Assembly (NCBI RefSeq): GCF_006345805.1
Contig: NC_043012.1
Span: 48,980,001-49,044,000 of the forward strand
Length of the DNA: 64,000 nucleotides
Source of the DNA: Octopus sinensis
Lineage: Eukaryota
Direction of reading: 5' to 3'
Both the position numbers and the translations under genes were made by a program. The notes beneath the pieces are model-generated. The model saw only the letters and a list, made by a program, of their open reading frames with translations, was not told where the DNA came from and made no database searches. Of this stretch, positions 63,690-64,000 are shown one piece after another. Position 1 is the first letter of the stretch. Each line of letters begins with the position of its first letter.

Positions 63690-63866
63690 TATTTTTGTAT
63701 CTGATATTGGTGTCTTTACGAACTTAGCGGTTCGGGAAAAGAGACCGGTAAAATAAGTATTAGGCTTACAAGAAAATAAGTCTTGGGGTCGATTTCTTCG
63801 ATTAAAAACCCTTTAAGGCGGTGCTCCAGCATGACCGCAGTCAAATGACTGAAACAAGTAAAAGAA
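63475..63866 (+). mobile_element. SINE-A
   Basis: Head, linker and tail. Confidence 0.9.
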
Positions 63867-63893
63867 TGATAGAATTCATATATATATATGTAT

Positions 63894-63925
<32 letters not shown>

Positions 63926-63960
63926 GTGCGTGTGTGTGTGTTTGTGTGTGTGTGTGTGTT

Positions 63961-63993
<33 letters not shown>

Positions 63994-64000
63994 ATATACA

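Overview
This 64 kb window is AT-rich eukaryotic non-coding DNA. It is most likely from an octopus, inferred from three abundant tRNA-derived SINE families and extreme (TA)n, (CA)n and (TCTA)n density. No complete host gene is visible. Almost all ORFs in the supplied track are microsatellite or SINE artefacts, and only two weak candidate terminal exons were found. The window is a nested transposon landscape: about 30 SINE-A copies or fragments, about 15 SINE-B copies, 3 SINE-C copies, two mariner relics, CR1-group, RTE, R4-like and Tx1-like LINE relics, several MITEs with readable TSDs, and a Helentron-like element. The main unexplained signal is about 16 hammerhead-ribozyme (HHR)-like motifs, counted and folded by hand. 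They fall in at least eight unrelated short non-coding elements that mostly sit in (TA)n tracts and are often arranged as fold-back repeats. The best case is 52406-53181, where two ~300 bp, ~99% identical direct repeats each carry an intact type I HHR 475 nt apart (retrozyme or Penelope pLTR architecture). Other highlights are a reconstructed G3-C8 compensatory core variant and a recurrent motif that keeps CUGAUGA between two stems but lacks the GAAA/stem III strand. All RNA structures were assigned by eye; no folding program or database search was run.
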